Origin: a virus
Reading direction: 5' to 3' (one strand)
DNA length: 45,468 nt
IMG/VR virus record: IMGVR_UViG_3300026299_000108
Coordinates: 1-45,468 of that record
Shown: in pieces, positions 1 through 8,108 of the stretch
Layout: each line of letters begins with the position of its first letter
Numbering within the stretch: position 1 is the first letter of the stretch
Position numbers and translations under genes: made by a program
Notes under the pieces: generated by a model
Told to the model about the DNA's origin: nothing
Database searches by the model: none
What the model saw: the letters and a program-made list of their open reading frames with translations, nothing else

Positions 1-44
1 TCATAACCCGAAGGTCGCAGGTTCAAATCCTGCCCCCGCTACCA
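1..44 (+). tRNA. 3' half of initiator tRNA-Met (CAT); probable prophage att core
   Basis: TCATAACCCGAAGGTCGCAGGTTCAAATCCTGCCCCCGCTACCA: CAT anticodon loop, GGTTCAAATCC T-loop and terminal CCA, matching the tRNA-fMet 3' half. The 5' half is outside the window. Confidence 0.9.
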
Positions 45-1539
45 TTATTATCTGCGGCAGAATCGCGGCGACCTCGGCAACGGGGTCGCCGTTTTCTTTG
101 AGGCGCACGGTGAGCTGGTCGCCGATGAGGGTGCGGATCGCCTCCCGGGCGGCGGGTCGGTCGCGGATGGTGTTGTCCAATGTCGCCAGGGCCTTGCCCC
201 AGGCGTCGCGGGCCCGGGGCAGGAATGCGGCCGGCTTGAAGCGTTCAGCATTATCGAGGTCGGCTCGGGCCATGGTGACAGCCGCTTCGGCGGCCATCAG
301 CTCGTCCCGTGTTGTCGGGGTGATGATCCCAGCCCGCAGTGCCGCGGCGATGTTCTGGCGGATTCGTTCAGCGCTGGCGAGTCTTTGGCGGGCTTCGTCG
401 GTGCGCGGGGCGGCTTGGCGTAGGGCCTCCCCGGCGTACTTCGCGAACAGCGTGAAGGCATCCTCTGTCGACAGCAGGTCCCGGATGCCATCGAGCATGG
501 CGGCATCGGCCTCATGCCGTTTCACCCGAATACGGTTCGGGCACGTGCCACGCTCCTTCGCCATGGCGCACCCGTAGCAGCGGGCATCGACAACAACGAA
601 CGGGCCGCCGCACGAGGCGCATCGAAGCAGTCCGGACAGCAGGTTGCGGTTGGGGCGTCCGGGCTTGATTGGCGCGGAGGAGGCGGTCCGCTTGCCGGAG
701 ATTCGGGCCTGCACGGCATCCCAGAGCGCGCGGTCCACGATGGCCAGGTGCGGCACGTCGCTGGTGATCCATTCGGACTCTGGTCGCTCCCGCCGCACGC
801 GCCGGCCGCTCTCGGGGTGCTTGATCCAGGCGCTGCGGTTCCAGACCTGCCGCCCGATGTAGATCGGATTTGCGAGAATTCCAATCCCACGGCGCTTGTC
901 GGCATAGATCGCGGTCGCGACCCACGTGCCACCGCGGCCTGTCGAGATCCCGTTGGCATTCAAGGCCCGGGCAATGGTGCGCGGCGATTGTCCGCTCGCG
1001 AAGTCCGCGAAGATCCTGCGGATCACCTCGGCCTGGGTGTTGTCGATTTCCCGCTGGCCCGTGCTGGTGACCCGGTAGCCGTAGGGCAGGCCACCGGCAC
1101 TGGCGCCCTGAAGGGCGCGGCCGGTCAGGCCGCGATGCGTCTTCTGAGCGAGGTCATCGAGGTACAGGTCTGACATCAATCCGCGCAGGCCGGCGTCGGC
1201 CTTGTGCGACTTGCGGCTGGTGTCGATGCCATCGGAAACGCCGACCACGCGCACGCCTGCGAACTTCAACCGCCGGAGCTGGGTCTGCGCTTCGATCGCA
1301 TCGCGCGACAGGCGGGACAAATCATCAACGAGGATGACGTCATAGTCCTGGGCCTCGGCCAGCAGCCGGCGGTAGCCGGGGCGGTCGGATCTCGTGCCAC
1401 TGGTCGCCGCATCGGTGTATTCGGCCGGCGCTGGCCACCCCATGCGTGCCGCGTAGGCGCGGCAATTCCGCAATTGATCCTCAAGCGAGGCTTCGCGCTG
1501 CTGGGAGCTGCTGTAGCGGGCGTAGGCGGCGACGCGCAT
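1..1539 (-). CDS. Large serine recombinase (integrase)
   Basis: N-terminal YARYSS catalytic motif, DDLSRLSRD motif, recombinase domain (PYGY...NPIYIG), zinc ribbon (LLSGLLRCASCG...YGC...C) and a coiled coil. Confidence 0.93.
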   Translation of the reverse strand: MRVAAYARYSSSQQREASLEDQLRNCRAYAARMGWPAPAEYTDAATSGTRSDRPGYRRLLAEAQDYDVILVDDLSRLSRDAIEAQTQLRRLKFAGVRVVGVSDGIDTSRKSHKADAGLRGLMSDLYLDDLAQKTHRGLTGRALQGASAGGLPYGYRVTSTGQREIDNTQAEVIRRIFADFASGQSPRTIARALNANGISTGRGGTWVATAIYADKRRGIGILANPIYIGRQVWNRSAWIKHPESGRRVRRERPESEWITSDVPHLAIVDRALWDAVQARISGKRTASSAPIKPGRPNRNLLSGLLRCASCGGPFVVVDARCYGCAMAKERGTCPNRIRVKRHEADAAMLDGIRDLLSTEDAFTLFAKYAGEALRQAAPRTDEARQRLASAERIRQNIAAALRAGIITPTTRDELMAAEAAVTMARADLDNAERFKPAAFLPRARDAWGKALATLDNTIRDRPAAREAIRTLIGDQLTVRLKENGDPVAEVAAILPQIIMVAGAGFEPATFGL

Positions 1540-1549
1540 CGACGGGACT

Positions 1550-1696
1550 CTACGCTGCCCTGTGCGCCGGCGTGAAGCCGACGGGCTCCGAACGCGTTTC
1601 TTCAGTGGGCGCTGCCTGCATGGCCTGTGTGCGCAGATAATCCTCGGCTGCGGCTTCCGCCATGGCCCGAATCAGGCTCACCAATGCGGGATTCAT
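1550..1696 (-). CDS. 48-aa hypothetical protein, candidate recombination directionality factor
   Basis: Hand-translated MNPALVSLIRAMAEAAAEDYLRTQ...HRAA*. ATGA overlap with the methyltransferase stop; ends 10 nt before the integrase start. Confidence 0.5.
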   Translation of the reverse strand: MNPALVSLIRAMAEAAAEDYLRTQAMQAAPTEETRSEPVGFTPAHRAA

Positions 1697-3354
1697 GCGG
1701 CAGTCCTTTCTGCCATGCGGGACGGCTCCAAGTTCGCGGCTGCGATCGCCCGCAGCGGCGGCGGGCTCACGCTATTGCCGACCATGCGCACCTGCGCATG
1801 CTTCGGCAGGCGGCGGCCGTCGGCCGTGCGGTCGATGATGTACTCCGGCGGGAAGCCCTGCGCCAGGTACAGCTCGCGCGGCTCCAGCATCCTCATGCCG
1901 ATGTCGACGATGACGTAGGGCACGCCGCGGATGTGGACGGTGACGAGCGCGAGGCGGTCCCGCGTGGTCACCGTGTCCAGCGACTCGCGGACGTCGAGCG
2001 CCTGGCCATTGCCGTAGTAGTTGATCAGGAACGCGGCGACGCGCAGCGCGCCGGCTTCGGCATCGGGCGACAGCGTGCAAGTCACCAGCCGCTGCAGGCC
2101 GCCCTGCGCGCAGATGACCGGTTGCGGGTTGCGCAGGTCAGCGCCGGGGCTCTCGTGGCCGCCGTTGGCCTTCTCGATGAAGGCCGACACCACGCCGAGC
2201 GCGTGCGCCGCGCCCGCCGGACGCGCCGCGCCGGCGCCGCTGGTGATCGTCGGCATTGACCCATCGGCGGCCGCGCCGCCGCTGTCGCCGCGCATTTTGA
2301 CCAGGTGCGGGGCCACGACGGCGATGTGCCCGCCCTTCACACCGGCGCAGACGACGCCGAGCGGCGCGGTCGCGTCCATGTTGCGCTGGTTCGATCCGTT
2401 GGCGTGCTCGGCGAGGAAGGGCGCGGCGTCGCCGACGATGAACGGCTCCGCGGCGTCGATCACGAATCGCTGCACGCCGCGCGCGATGCGGCGCATCGTC
2501 TTTTCGGCCAGCGGCCTCGCCCGGGTGAAGATCGACGGGCACGGGATCGTCCAGTCGATGCAGTCGGCCGCGGGCACCGGCGGCAGCAGGCCCGGCTTGC
2601 GTCCATGCGTCGGCACCGGCCACGCGATCGGCGCGCCGTCGCGCCGGGCGACCAGGAACAGGCGCTCCCGGCTGGTGCCGGCGCCGTATTCGCTGGCGAC
2701 CAGCCGGCGCCACTCGACCGAATAGCCCATGCCGCGGAGCGCGGCGACGAACGCCCGCCAGGTGCGGCCGGCGTGGCGCTTGTCCGGGATCAGCCACTGG
2801 TCGCGCAGCGGCACGCGCTCGCCCGGGCCGGCCACGGCCCAGCCGTCGGGGGTCCGCCGCATGACGCGACCGGTCGCCAGATCGCGCTTCGCGACCAGCG
2901 GCCCCCACTGCAGGATCTGCCGCACGTTCTCGAGGCTGATGATCCGCGGCGCGAGCCCGGCGCGATGCAGCGACCCGGCCCACTTGAGCACGACCCACGA
3001 CAGCGAGCGCGTCGCGCGGTCGCGCGGCTGCCCGCCCTTGGCCTGGCTGAAGTGCGTGCAGTCCGGCGAGGCGTGCAACCATCCGACGCGGCGGCCGGCG
3101 ACCTCGGCGACCGGATCCGCATGCCACACGTCCTCGCAGTGGTGCTGCGTGTACGGATGGTTCACGGCGTGCATGCCGATGGCGTCGGGGTCATGGTTGA
3201 TCGCGATGTCGGGATCGCGGCCCAGCGCCTGGCGCAGCGCCTCGCTCGCGCCGCCGCCGCCGGCGAACAGGTCGACGATGATCTCGCCGGGCTTCAGGCG
3301 GCTCGTGCCGATCTGCGGAAGGTGGAATGTGTGCTGGCATCCGTCGGCCATCAC
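1693..3354 (-). CDS. C5 cytosine DNA methyltransferase
   Basis: Motifs DLFAGGGG, ASPDC, ENV, RERLF and GNSV in canonical order. Confidence 0.92.
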   Translation of the reverse strand: MMADGCQHTFHLPQIGTSRLKPGEIIVDLFAGGGGASEALRQALGRDPDIAINHDPDAIGMHAVNHPYTQHHCEDVWHADPVAEVAGRRVGWLHASPDCTHFSQAKGGQPRDRATRSLSWVVLKWAGSLHRAGLAPRIISLENVRQILQWGPLVAKRDLATGRVMRRTPDGWAVAGPGERVPLRDQWLIPDKRHAGRTWRAFVAALRGMGYSVEWRRLVASEYGAGTSRERLFLVARRDGAPIAWPVPTHGRKPGLLPPVPAADCIDWTIPCPSIFTRARPLAEKTMRRIARGVQRFVIDAAEPFIVGDAAPFLAEHANGSNQRNMDATAPLGVVCAGVKGGHIAVVAPHLVKMRGDSGGAAADGSMPTITSGAGAARPAGAAHALGVVSAFIEKANGGHESPGADLRNPQPVICAQGGLQRLVTCTLSPDAEAGALRVAAFLINYYGNGQALDVRESLDTVTTRDRLALVTVHIRGVPYVIVDIGMRMLEPRELYLAQGFPPEYIIDRTADGRRLPKHAQVRMVGNSVSPPPLRAIAAANLEPSRMAERTAA

Positions 3355-3536
3355 GCACCGTCCTTCGCGCGCTCACGATCGAATTGCCGAACGCTCGCGG
3401 CCGTGGCCTGTCTATGGATCGGACACTCGACCAGCGTGTCGCCGTGATCCGTGCGGGGTGCGAACCAGCATCCACACTGGTAGACGCCGGGCGCGACTTC
3501 GATTCGCTTGTAGCTGTCGCCCTTGTCACTTGCCAT
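3351..3536 (-). CDS. Small Cys/His-containing hypothetical protein
   Basis: Overlaps both neighbours; contains CGC and CPIH. Confidence 0.55.
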   Translation of the reverse strand: MASDKGDSYKRIEVAPGVYQCGCWFAPRTDHGDTLVECPIHRQATAASVRQFDRERAKDGA

Positions 3537-4026
3537 TGTTGTCCCCTACGGCCTTCGCCAGCCTCAACGCGACATCCTGCGAATACGGCAGCGACAGGAA
3601 CCGCTCCGCGGCCTCGACCATGCGGCCCTTGGCGTGATCCACGACGTATTGCGCGAACTCGACAGCCTGAGCGACAGCGATGTCCTTGTTGGTCTCGTCT
3701 GGCGCTTCCAGGGAGTACCCCCGGCGGAAGTGATACGCGAGGAATTCCATGGTCATTCCCGGGAGCGTCAGCTCGCCGTCAAGCACAGTGAACGGGCCAG
3801 CCATGCCGATCCCGGGGAAGTCGATTTTGACCCGTGCCGGCACCGATTCCGCCGGATTCAGAGCATCGGCAAAGATGGCGTCGATTCGCAGCATCAAAGC
3901 GTTGATCTCAAGCGCATGGGATTCGCACATTGCGGAACAGATGACTCGCCCAGCCGCACCCTGTTCTTCCGCATCGGCTTTCCACTTAAGCGCCAGCCTT
4001 TCCAGGTCACCTCGAATATCAGTCAT
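3526..4026 (-). CDS. Phage hypothetical protein (start MTDIRGDLE)
   Basis: 3' part of ORF 3526..4710; its start overlaps the stop of the upstream gene. Confidence 0.6.
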   Translation of the reverse strand: MTDIRGDLERLALKWKADAEEQGAAGRVICSAMCESHALEINALMLRIDAIFADALNPAESVPARVKIDFPGIGMAGPFTVLDGELTLPGMTMEFLAYHFRRGYSLEAPDETNKDIAVAQAVEFAQYVVDHAKGRMVEAAERFLSLPYSQDVALRLAKAVGDNNGK

Positions 4027-5215
4027 TGTTGACCTCCAGCTTGGTTTCAGCAGGCTGCGCGCCGGAGAGGCGGCGGGCGAAGTCATGCAAATCCGCGGCT
4101 GTGAATGCCCACCATCCATCGCTACCGCAAGAAGGGTCGGCGGGCGTATAAACGCCGATGCTGGTCGCCAGCGCCTCCAGGTCCGCAACCTGTAATCGTT
4201 CCTTACCAGTTGCTGAAGCGGAGAGGCGGCGAATGGCCTCTCGCGCTCGACGAACGTGTCCGAAAGTAACCTCTGTCGGAGGGTAGCCCACCGGTTCGTC
4301 GTCTGGCTCGTCCGCCGTGTATTCCGATGTGAAGTCCGCTTCGCATGCCGAGACGAGCGCTTCCAGCGCCTCCACGTCCGCAGCCGCCAAACTATCAACG
4401 CAGTTATCCGGAAATTCCGGAGGACTGTTGATGGGAGCAGGCGCCGAAGGGGCGGGCTCGGGCGGCGTGCCGAAGTAGTACGGCACCGCCTCGATCGGCT
4501 TCGACCCGTTGATCTCCTGACCGTGGCTGAAGCGAATCTCGGTGCCGCCGGACAGCGATTGCGACGGGTAGCGGTAGGCGTAGCCGTCGGGCTGACGCGG
4601 CACGACCTCGCCCGTCGGCTGCGGGGCGGCGGCAGCGCTCCAACCACGACCGCAGGTCTCGCACTTGCACCATCCTCCGATTTCTTGCCATGCGTCATGC
4701 GGGCAGTCATCGCCCTCCGGCTGCGGGGCGCATGCCTGCAGCTCGTCGTATCGCCGCAGGATCCACGGGGTCACTTCATCGATGTGGTTGAACCCTCCGC
4801 TTTTGCACGACCGTTCCTGCGCCTCGCTGACCGCCTTCAGCAGCGCCTGAAAACTGCCGCTCTGGATCGTCGCCGGCTGCGTGGCGGCGGTCGGATGTGC
4901 AGGGCACGGATGCCGCAGCGATCCGTCGCCGCTTGGGCATGTGCAAGCAGCATTCGGCTGCGGGGCGGCGGCGAGCATGGCGTCTCGGCATGCGTTCCAG
5001 CCGTCAGCGTGGCCCTTCTCGTAGCCGTACCCGTAGTCCTTTTCGCCGGATGCAGAGCCGTAAGGCACCGCCTTCGCCTCCGGCACCGCGGCGCGCGCGG
5101 AGAGGGCGCGGAGGTCTGCGGCGATTGCGTCTCGCAGGTCAGCTTCGTCGATGAAGGTGGCGATCGACTCGACGCGATCCGCCAGCCTGTTCAGTTCCTC
5201 GCGCACGTCACTCAT
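4019..5215 (-). CDS. Mosaic early protein, Ead/Ea22-like (start MSDVREEL)
   Basis: GWNACRDAMLAAAPQP and CTCPSGDGSLRHPCPAH segments typical of modular lambdoid early proteins; internal repeats. Confidence 0.6.
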   Translation of the reverse strand: MSDVREELNRLADRVESIATFIDEADLRDAIAADLRALSARAAVPEAKAVPYGSASGEKDYGYGYEKGHADGWNACRDAMLAAAPQPNAACTCPSGDGSLRHPCPAHPTAATQPATIQSGSFQALLKAVSEAQERSCKSGGFNHIDEVTPWILRRYDELQACAPQPEGDDCPHDAWQEIGGWCKCETCGRGWSAAAAPQPTGEVVPRQPDGYAYRYPSQSLSGGTEIRFSHGQEINGSKPIEAVPYYFGTPPEPAPSAPAPINSPPEFPDNCVDSLAAADVEALEALVSACEADFTSEYTADEPDDEPVGYPPTEVTFGHVRRAREAIRRLSASATGKERLQVADLEALATSIGVYTPADPSCGSDGWWAFTAADLHDFARRLSGAQPAETKLEVNND

Positions 5216-5813
5216 GGTCGGCCTCCAGCGCGGCGGTGAGGGCGTCTCGGATCGCAACGCGAGGATCGGGAAGATCGGTGACATAGGCATCGACGAACCG
5301 CTCCACCATCTCCTCCGTCACCCGCGCCGGGGCGGCCGTCTCGTCATCATCCTGAACTTCGATCGGCCCGAGGTATTCGCACCCCTCCTCCGGATAGTCG
5401 GTGACGTAGGCATACAACCCGGCGAAGTGCATGCGATCGTTGTCGATGCGATCCGGGTGCAGCTCGACAGTCACTTCCGCGTCGTGGCCGCCGAAGAACG
5501 CCACCAGCTTGCGCGCTTCGGTGATAGTGAATTTCATCGACGGGACCCGCGCCGGGGCGGACAGCAGCATCGCCGCCTCGCGCAAGTCGCGCTCCCACTG
5601 CGCTTGCTCGGCATCAAACGGGCTCACGACACCGTGCATTTCGGCATGCAGCAGCAGGCGCTGCACCAGTTCGCCATCGGGAGGCGCGAGCAGGGCGCGC
5701 TCAATGCGTGAGGCCCATTGGGCTATGCGGAGCGGCGTGGTGCTTGCGCCGGATTCGGCGTGCTTAAACATCTGCGCCAGCACCTCGGCGGCGGTCTCAG
5801 GCTTGACGTTCAT
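5208..5813 (-). CDS. Phage hypothetical protein
   Basis: Overlaps the RT stop and the next gene; two APARV repeats. Confidence 0.6.
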   Translation of the reverse strand: MNVKPETAAEVLAQMFKHAESGASTTPLRIAQWASRIERALLAPPDGELVQRLLLHAEMHGVVSPFDAEQAQWERDLREAAMLLSAPARVPSMKFTITEARKLVAFFGGHDAEVTVELHPDRIDNDRMHFAGLYAYVTDYPEEGCEYLGPIEVQDDDETAAPARVTEEMVERFVDAYVTDLPDPRVAIRDALTAALEADHE

Positions 5814-7152
5814 GGAATTTGATCTCTATGAACCGGCGCGAGTGCCGGCGTGGTTTCGGGTTTGCCTTCGTTGCCGCTGCCAGCCATGGATAGCGGCGAC
5901 GAAGGCTGGCGGTAAGGCGCGTGCTGTTGGCGTGGCGCAGGTGCCCGGCGTAGCTGGCAGCGGTAGCCTGGACTCGGCGAAGAGCATCCGGCGTCGCGCG
6001 GATCCGCTGGCCGCGGACATGGGTGGCTCCCCATGCCGTCAGAGCCTCGTGCATATGCGCGACGACTCGCGGGCGAACGAGGGTGTGGGTAGGACGGACG
6101 ATGTAGCCGAGGAAGTCGATGCCGTCGCGGAGGCGGCGCAGGCGGATGTCGTCCTTCAGGTCCAGTCGCAGCTTGTCGCGAAGGAACGCGGTGATCTCGG
6201 CTTGCCAGCGTTTGAGCTGCGTGCGGTCGTGGTGCACCAGCACGAAATCGTCGACGTAGCGCAGGTAGCGCCTCGCGCGCAGGGTGTGCTTGACGTACTG
6301 GTCCAGTGCGTCGAGGTAGACGTTGGCGAAGAACTGGGACGACAGGTTGCCGATCGGTAGGCCGCGCCCGGCCGGCGCGTTGGCGAGGCGCTTGTGCGCC
6401 GGCACCTGGGCGAGTTCCGCCGTGGTAGCCCGGACGTCGACACCTGCATACAGCGGGTCGCGCTTCAGCAGCGCGTGCGTGACGTGCAGGACCTCGGCGG
6501 CTGCGCCGGAGCGTTGCAGGCGGCGCTTGAGCATCGCCCACAGCGTGGGCCGGTGGATACTGTTGAAGAAGTTCCGGATGTCCAGTTGCAGATACCAGCC
6601 GTCCGGCTGCCCGCTATCGATTTGACGTACGAAGGCCTGCAACCGGCGGACCGCGGCGTGCGATCCCCTTCCTGAGCGGTTTGCATAGCTGTCATGGATG
6701 AATCCGGGTTCGTAGATAGCTTCAAGTTGGGGGATCAGCCAGTGGTGAACGACACGGTCGGCGAAGTCGGGCGCATGGATCTCTCGCGCCTTCGGTCGCG
6801 TCGCAATGAAGCAGGTCGACCGGCGCGGTGCCCATGTTCCTGTCTCGATCTCGCGCTGCAGTTGCAGCAGGCCACGGGCCCAGCGAGCGTCGAAGCGCAA
6901 CTGGTTGTGGCTGGGGACCTTCTGCCTGCGGGCGCGCCGCCAGGCGTGATACAACGAATCCAGCGGCACGCCCGCTGTAGCACCCTGACACTCACCGGCG
7001 CGACGCACCGCCAACGCGCAACCGTGGTTGTTGCGGTTGTTGTTGTTGACGTTGCCGTTGTTGAAGTTGACGTTCCACGCGTCCGAGGCGGACGCTCCCC
7101 CGCGCACTTGCGACATGGCCGGCCAGCCGAATGGGTAGGACGGCGTCGTCAT
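5797..7152 (-). CDS. DGR reverse transcriptase
   Basis: KAREIHAPDFADRVVH, LQLDIRNFFNSI, GLPIGNLSSQFFAN (DGR-type IGxxxSQ), RYVDDF and GIDFLGY motifs. ATG at 7152 overlaps the avd stop. Confidence 0.95.
   Translation of the reverse strand: MTTPSYPFGWPAMSQVRGGASASDAWNVNFNNGNVNNNNRNNHGCALAVRRAGECQGATAGVPLDSLYHAWRRARRQKVPSHNQLRFDARWARGLLQLQREIETGTWAPRRSTCFIATRPKAREIHAPDFADRVVHHWLIPQLEAIYEPGFIHDSYANRSGRGSHAAVRRLQAFVRQIDSGQPDGWYLQLDIRNFFNSIHRPTLWAMLKRRLQRSGAAAEVLHVTHALLKRDPLYAGVDVRATTAELAQVPAHKRLANAPAGRGLPIGNLSSQFFANVYLDALDQYVKHTLRARRYLRYVDDFVLVHHDRTQLKRWQAEITAFLRDKLRLDLKDDIRLRRLRDGIDFLGYIVRPTHTLVRPRVVAHMHEALTAWGATHVRGQRIRATPDALRRVQATAASYAGHLRHANSTRLTASLRRRYPWLAAATKANPKPRRHSRRFIEIKFHERQA
6994..7095 (-). 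repeat. DGR template repeat (TR), 102 bp
   Basis: AAC-rich, with 11 AAC codons and 24 adenines; aligns without gaps to 7621-7722 and 8115-8216. Confidence 0.97.
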
Positions 7153-7583
7153 GGGTTGGCCCCCGTGGAGGCGGCGCGGGTACTCAGTGTCTTGGCGCGC
7201 TGCGCGACAGCCGCGGGGCTTGGCGCATTCTGGCCATTGGGATGCAACGATTTGCGCCACCCTCCCGCTTGCTTGCCCAAGGCTTCGATCAGGCGCAGCA
7301 GGTGCTCGAACTGGCGGAAGCTGTGCGTGGCGCGCAACAGCTTGGCGACCTGCAGTCTTCCCAGCAGTTCGTCGATTGCCCAGACTAGGTCCACTACCCA
7401 GCGCAACTGGCGCGGTCGGTCTCGCCAGGCCCGCGTCGCGAGATCGTACACGCGCATAGCTTGGGTGCGGAGATCTGCGCCGATGGCATAGCGGTGGTAG
7501 CGGTGGAAGGTTCTCACGGCCTGTTCGATCTCGACGCACAGCCGCTCTGCGGCCTTGACGATGGGTGGGAGCTTGAAGGTCAT
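7149..7583 (-). CDS. avd: DGR accessory variability determinant (Avd-like four-helix bundle)
   Basis: Basic, helical 144-aa protein with FHRYHRYAIGADLR and LGKQAGGW motifs, lying between the targets and TR/RT. Confidence 0.88.
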   Translation of the reverse strand: MTFKLPPIVKAAERLCVEIEQAVRTFHRYHRYAIGADLRTQAMRVYDLATRAWRDRPRQLRWVVDLVWAIDELLGRLQVAKLLRATHSFRQFEHLLRLIEALGKQAGGWRKSLHPNGQNAPSPAAVAQRAKTLSTRAASTGANP

Positions 7584-7614
7584 CGCGACATCCTTGTCGT
7601 TTCAAAAAGGCGAA

Positions 7615-8055
7615 CTACTGACCGGCGCGACGCACCGCCAACGCGCAACCGCGGGAGCCGCGGTAGTCGTAGCCGACGACGCCGTAGTAGAAGCCGACGA
7701 GCCACGCGACCGAGGCGGACGCCTCGCCGTTGCTATTGATCCACGGCGTGCGGGTCCAGTACCAATCGCTCTCGATGTCGCGGAAGTAGTCGATGTCGAT
7801 CGCCGGTTCACGGCGACTGTGGTCGACCAGCAGCATCAGCTCGTCGCTGGTCGGCATCTGCCAGTCGGTGAAGCCGGCGACGGTGGAGGCCTTGCATGCG
7901 GCTTCGCACTGCGCATGGGGGACGTCGGTAGCGACGTCCGTCGCAGTGAACATCAGCCCGACCTGGGGGAGCAGGACGGCGACGTGGGATTCGGTGGAAC
8001 CTTCGGGCAGCGGCTGGCCGTCGTTGCCGATCTTGATCATGTTGAGCTTGGACAC
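7615..8055 (-). CDS. DGR target 1, DUF1566/Lcl C-terminal (CLec-like) protein
   Basis: GTG start with GGAG RBS; GLMF, DWQMPTSDEL and WYWTRT motifs; C-terminal VR. Confidence 0.9.
   Translation of the reverse strand: MSKLNMIKIGNDGQPLPEGSTESHVAVLLPQVGLMFTATDVATDVPHAQCEAACKASTVAGFTDWQMPTSDELMLLVDHSRREPAIDIDYFRDIESDWYWTRTPWINSNGEASASVAWLVGFYYGVVGYDYRGSRGCALAVRRAGQ
7621..7722 (-). repeat. DGR variable repeat VR1
   Basis: 19 mismatches to TR, all at TR adenines. Confidence 0.97.
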
Positions 8056-8108
8056 GAGTGGTCTCCGTTGGTGTCTTGAAACGTGGATTGGCGTAGCAGA
8101 GAGGCGAA

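Noticed and set aside
5797..7152. RT as a group II intron, retron or Abi RT
   Set aside because: It has the IGxxxSQ motif, an adjacent avd and TR/VR pairs, and no maturase or endonuclease domain was seen.
7153..7605. 602-aa RT as given in the ORF track
   Set aside because: The extra N-terminal part overlaps avd in another frame and reads as non-protein-like. The ATG at 7152 or a later codon is the plausible start.
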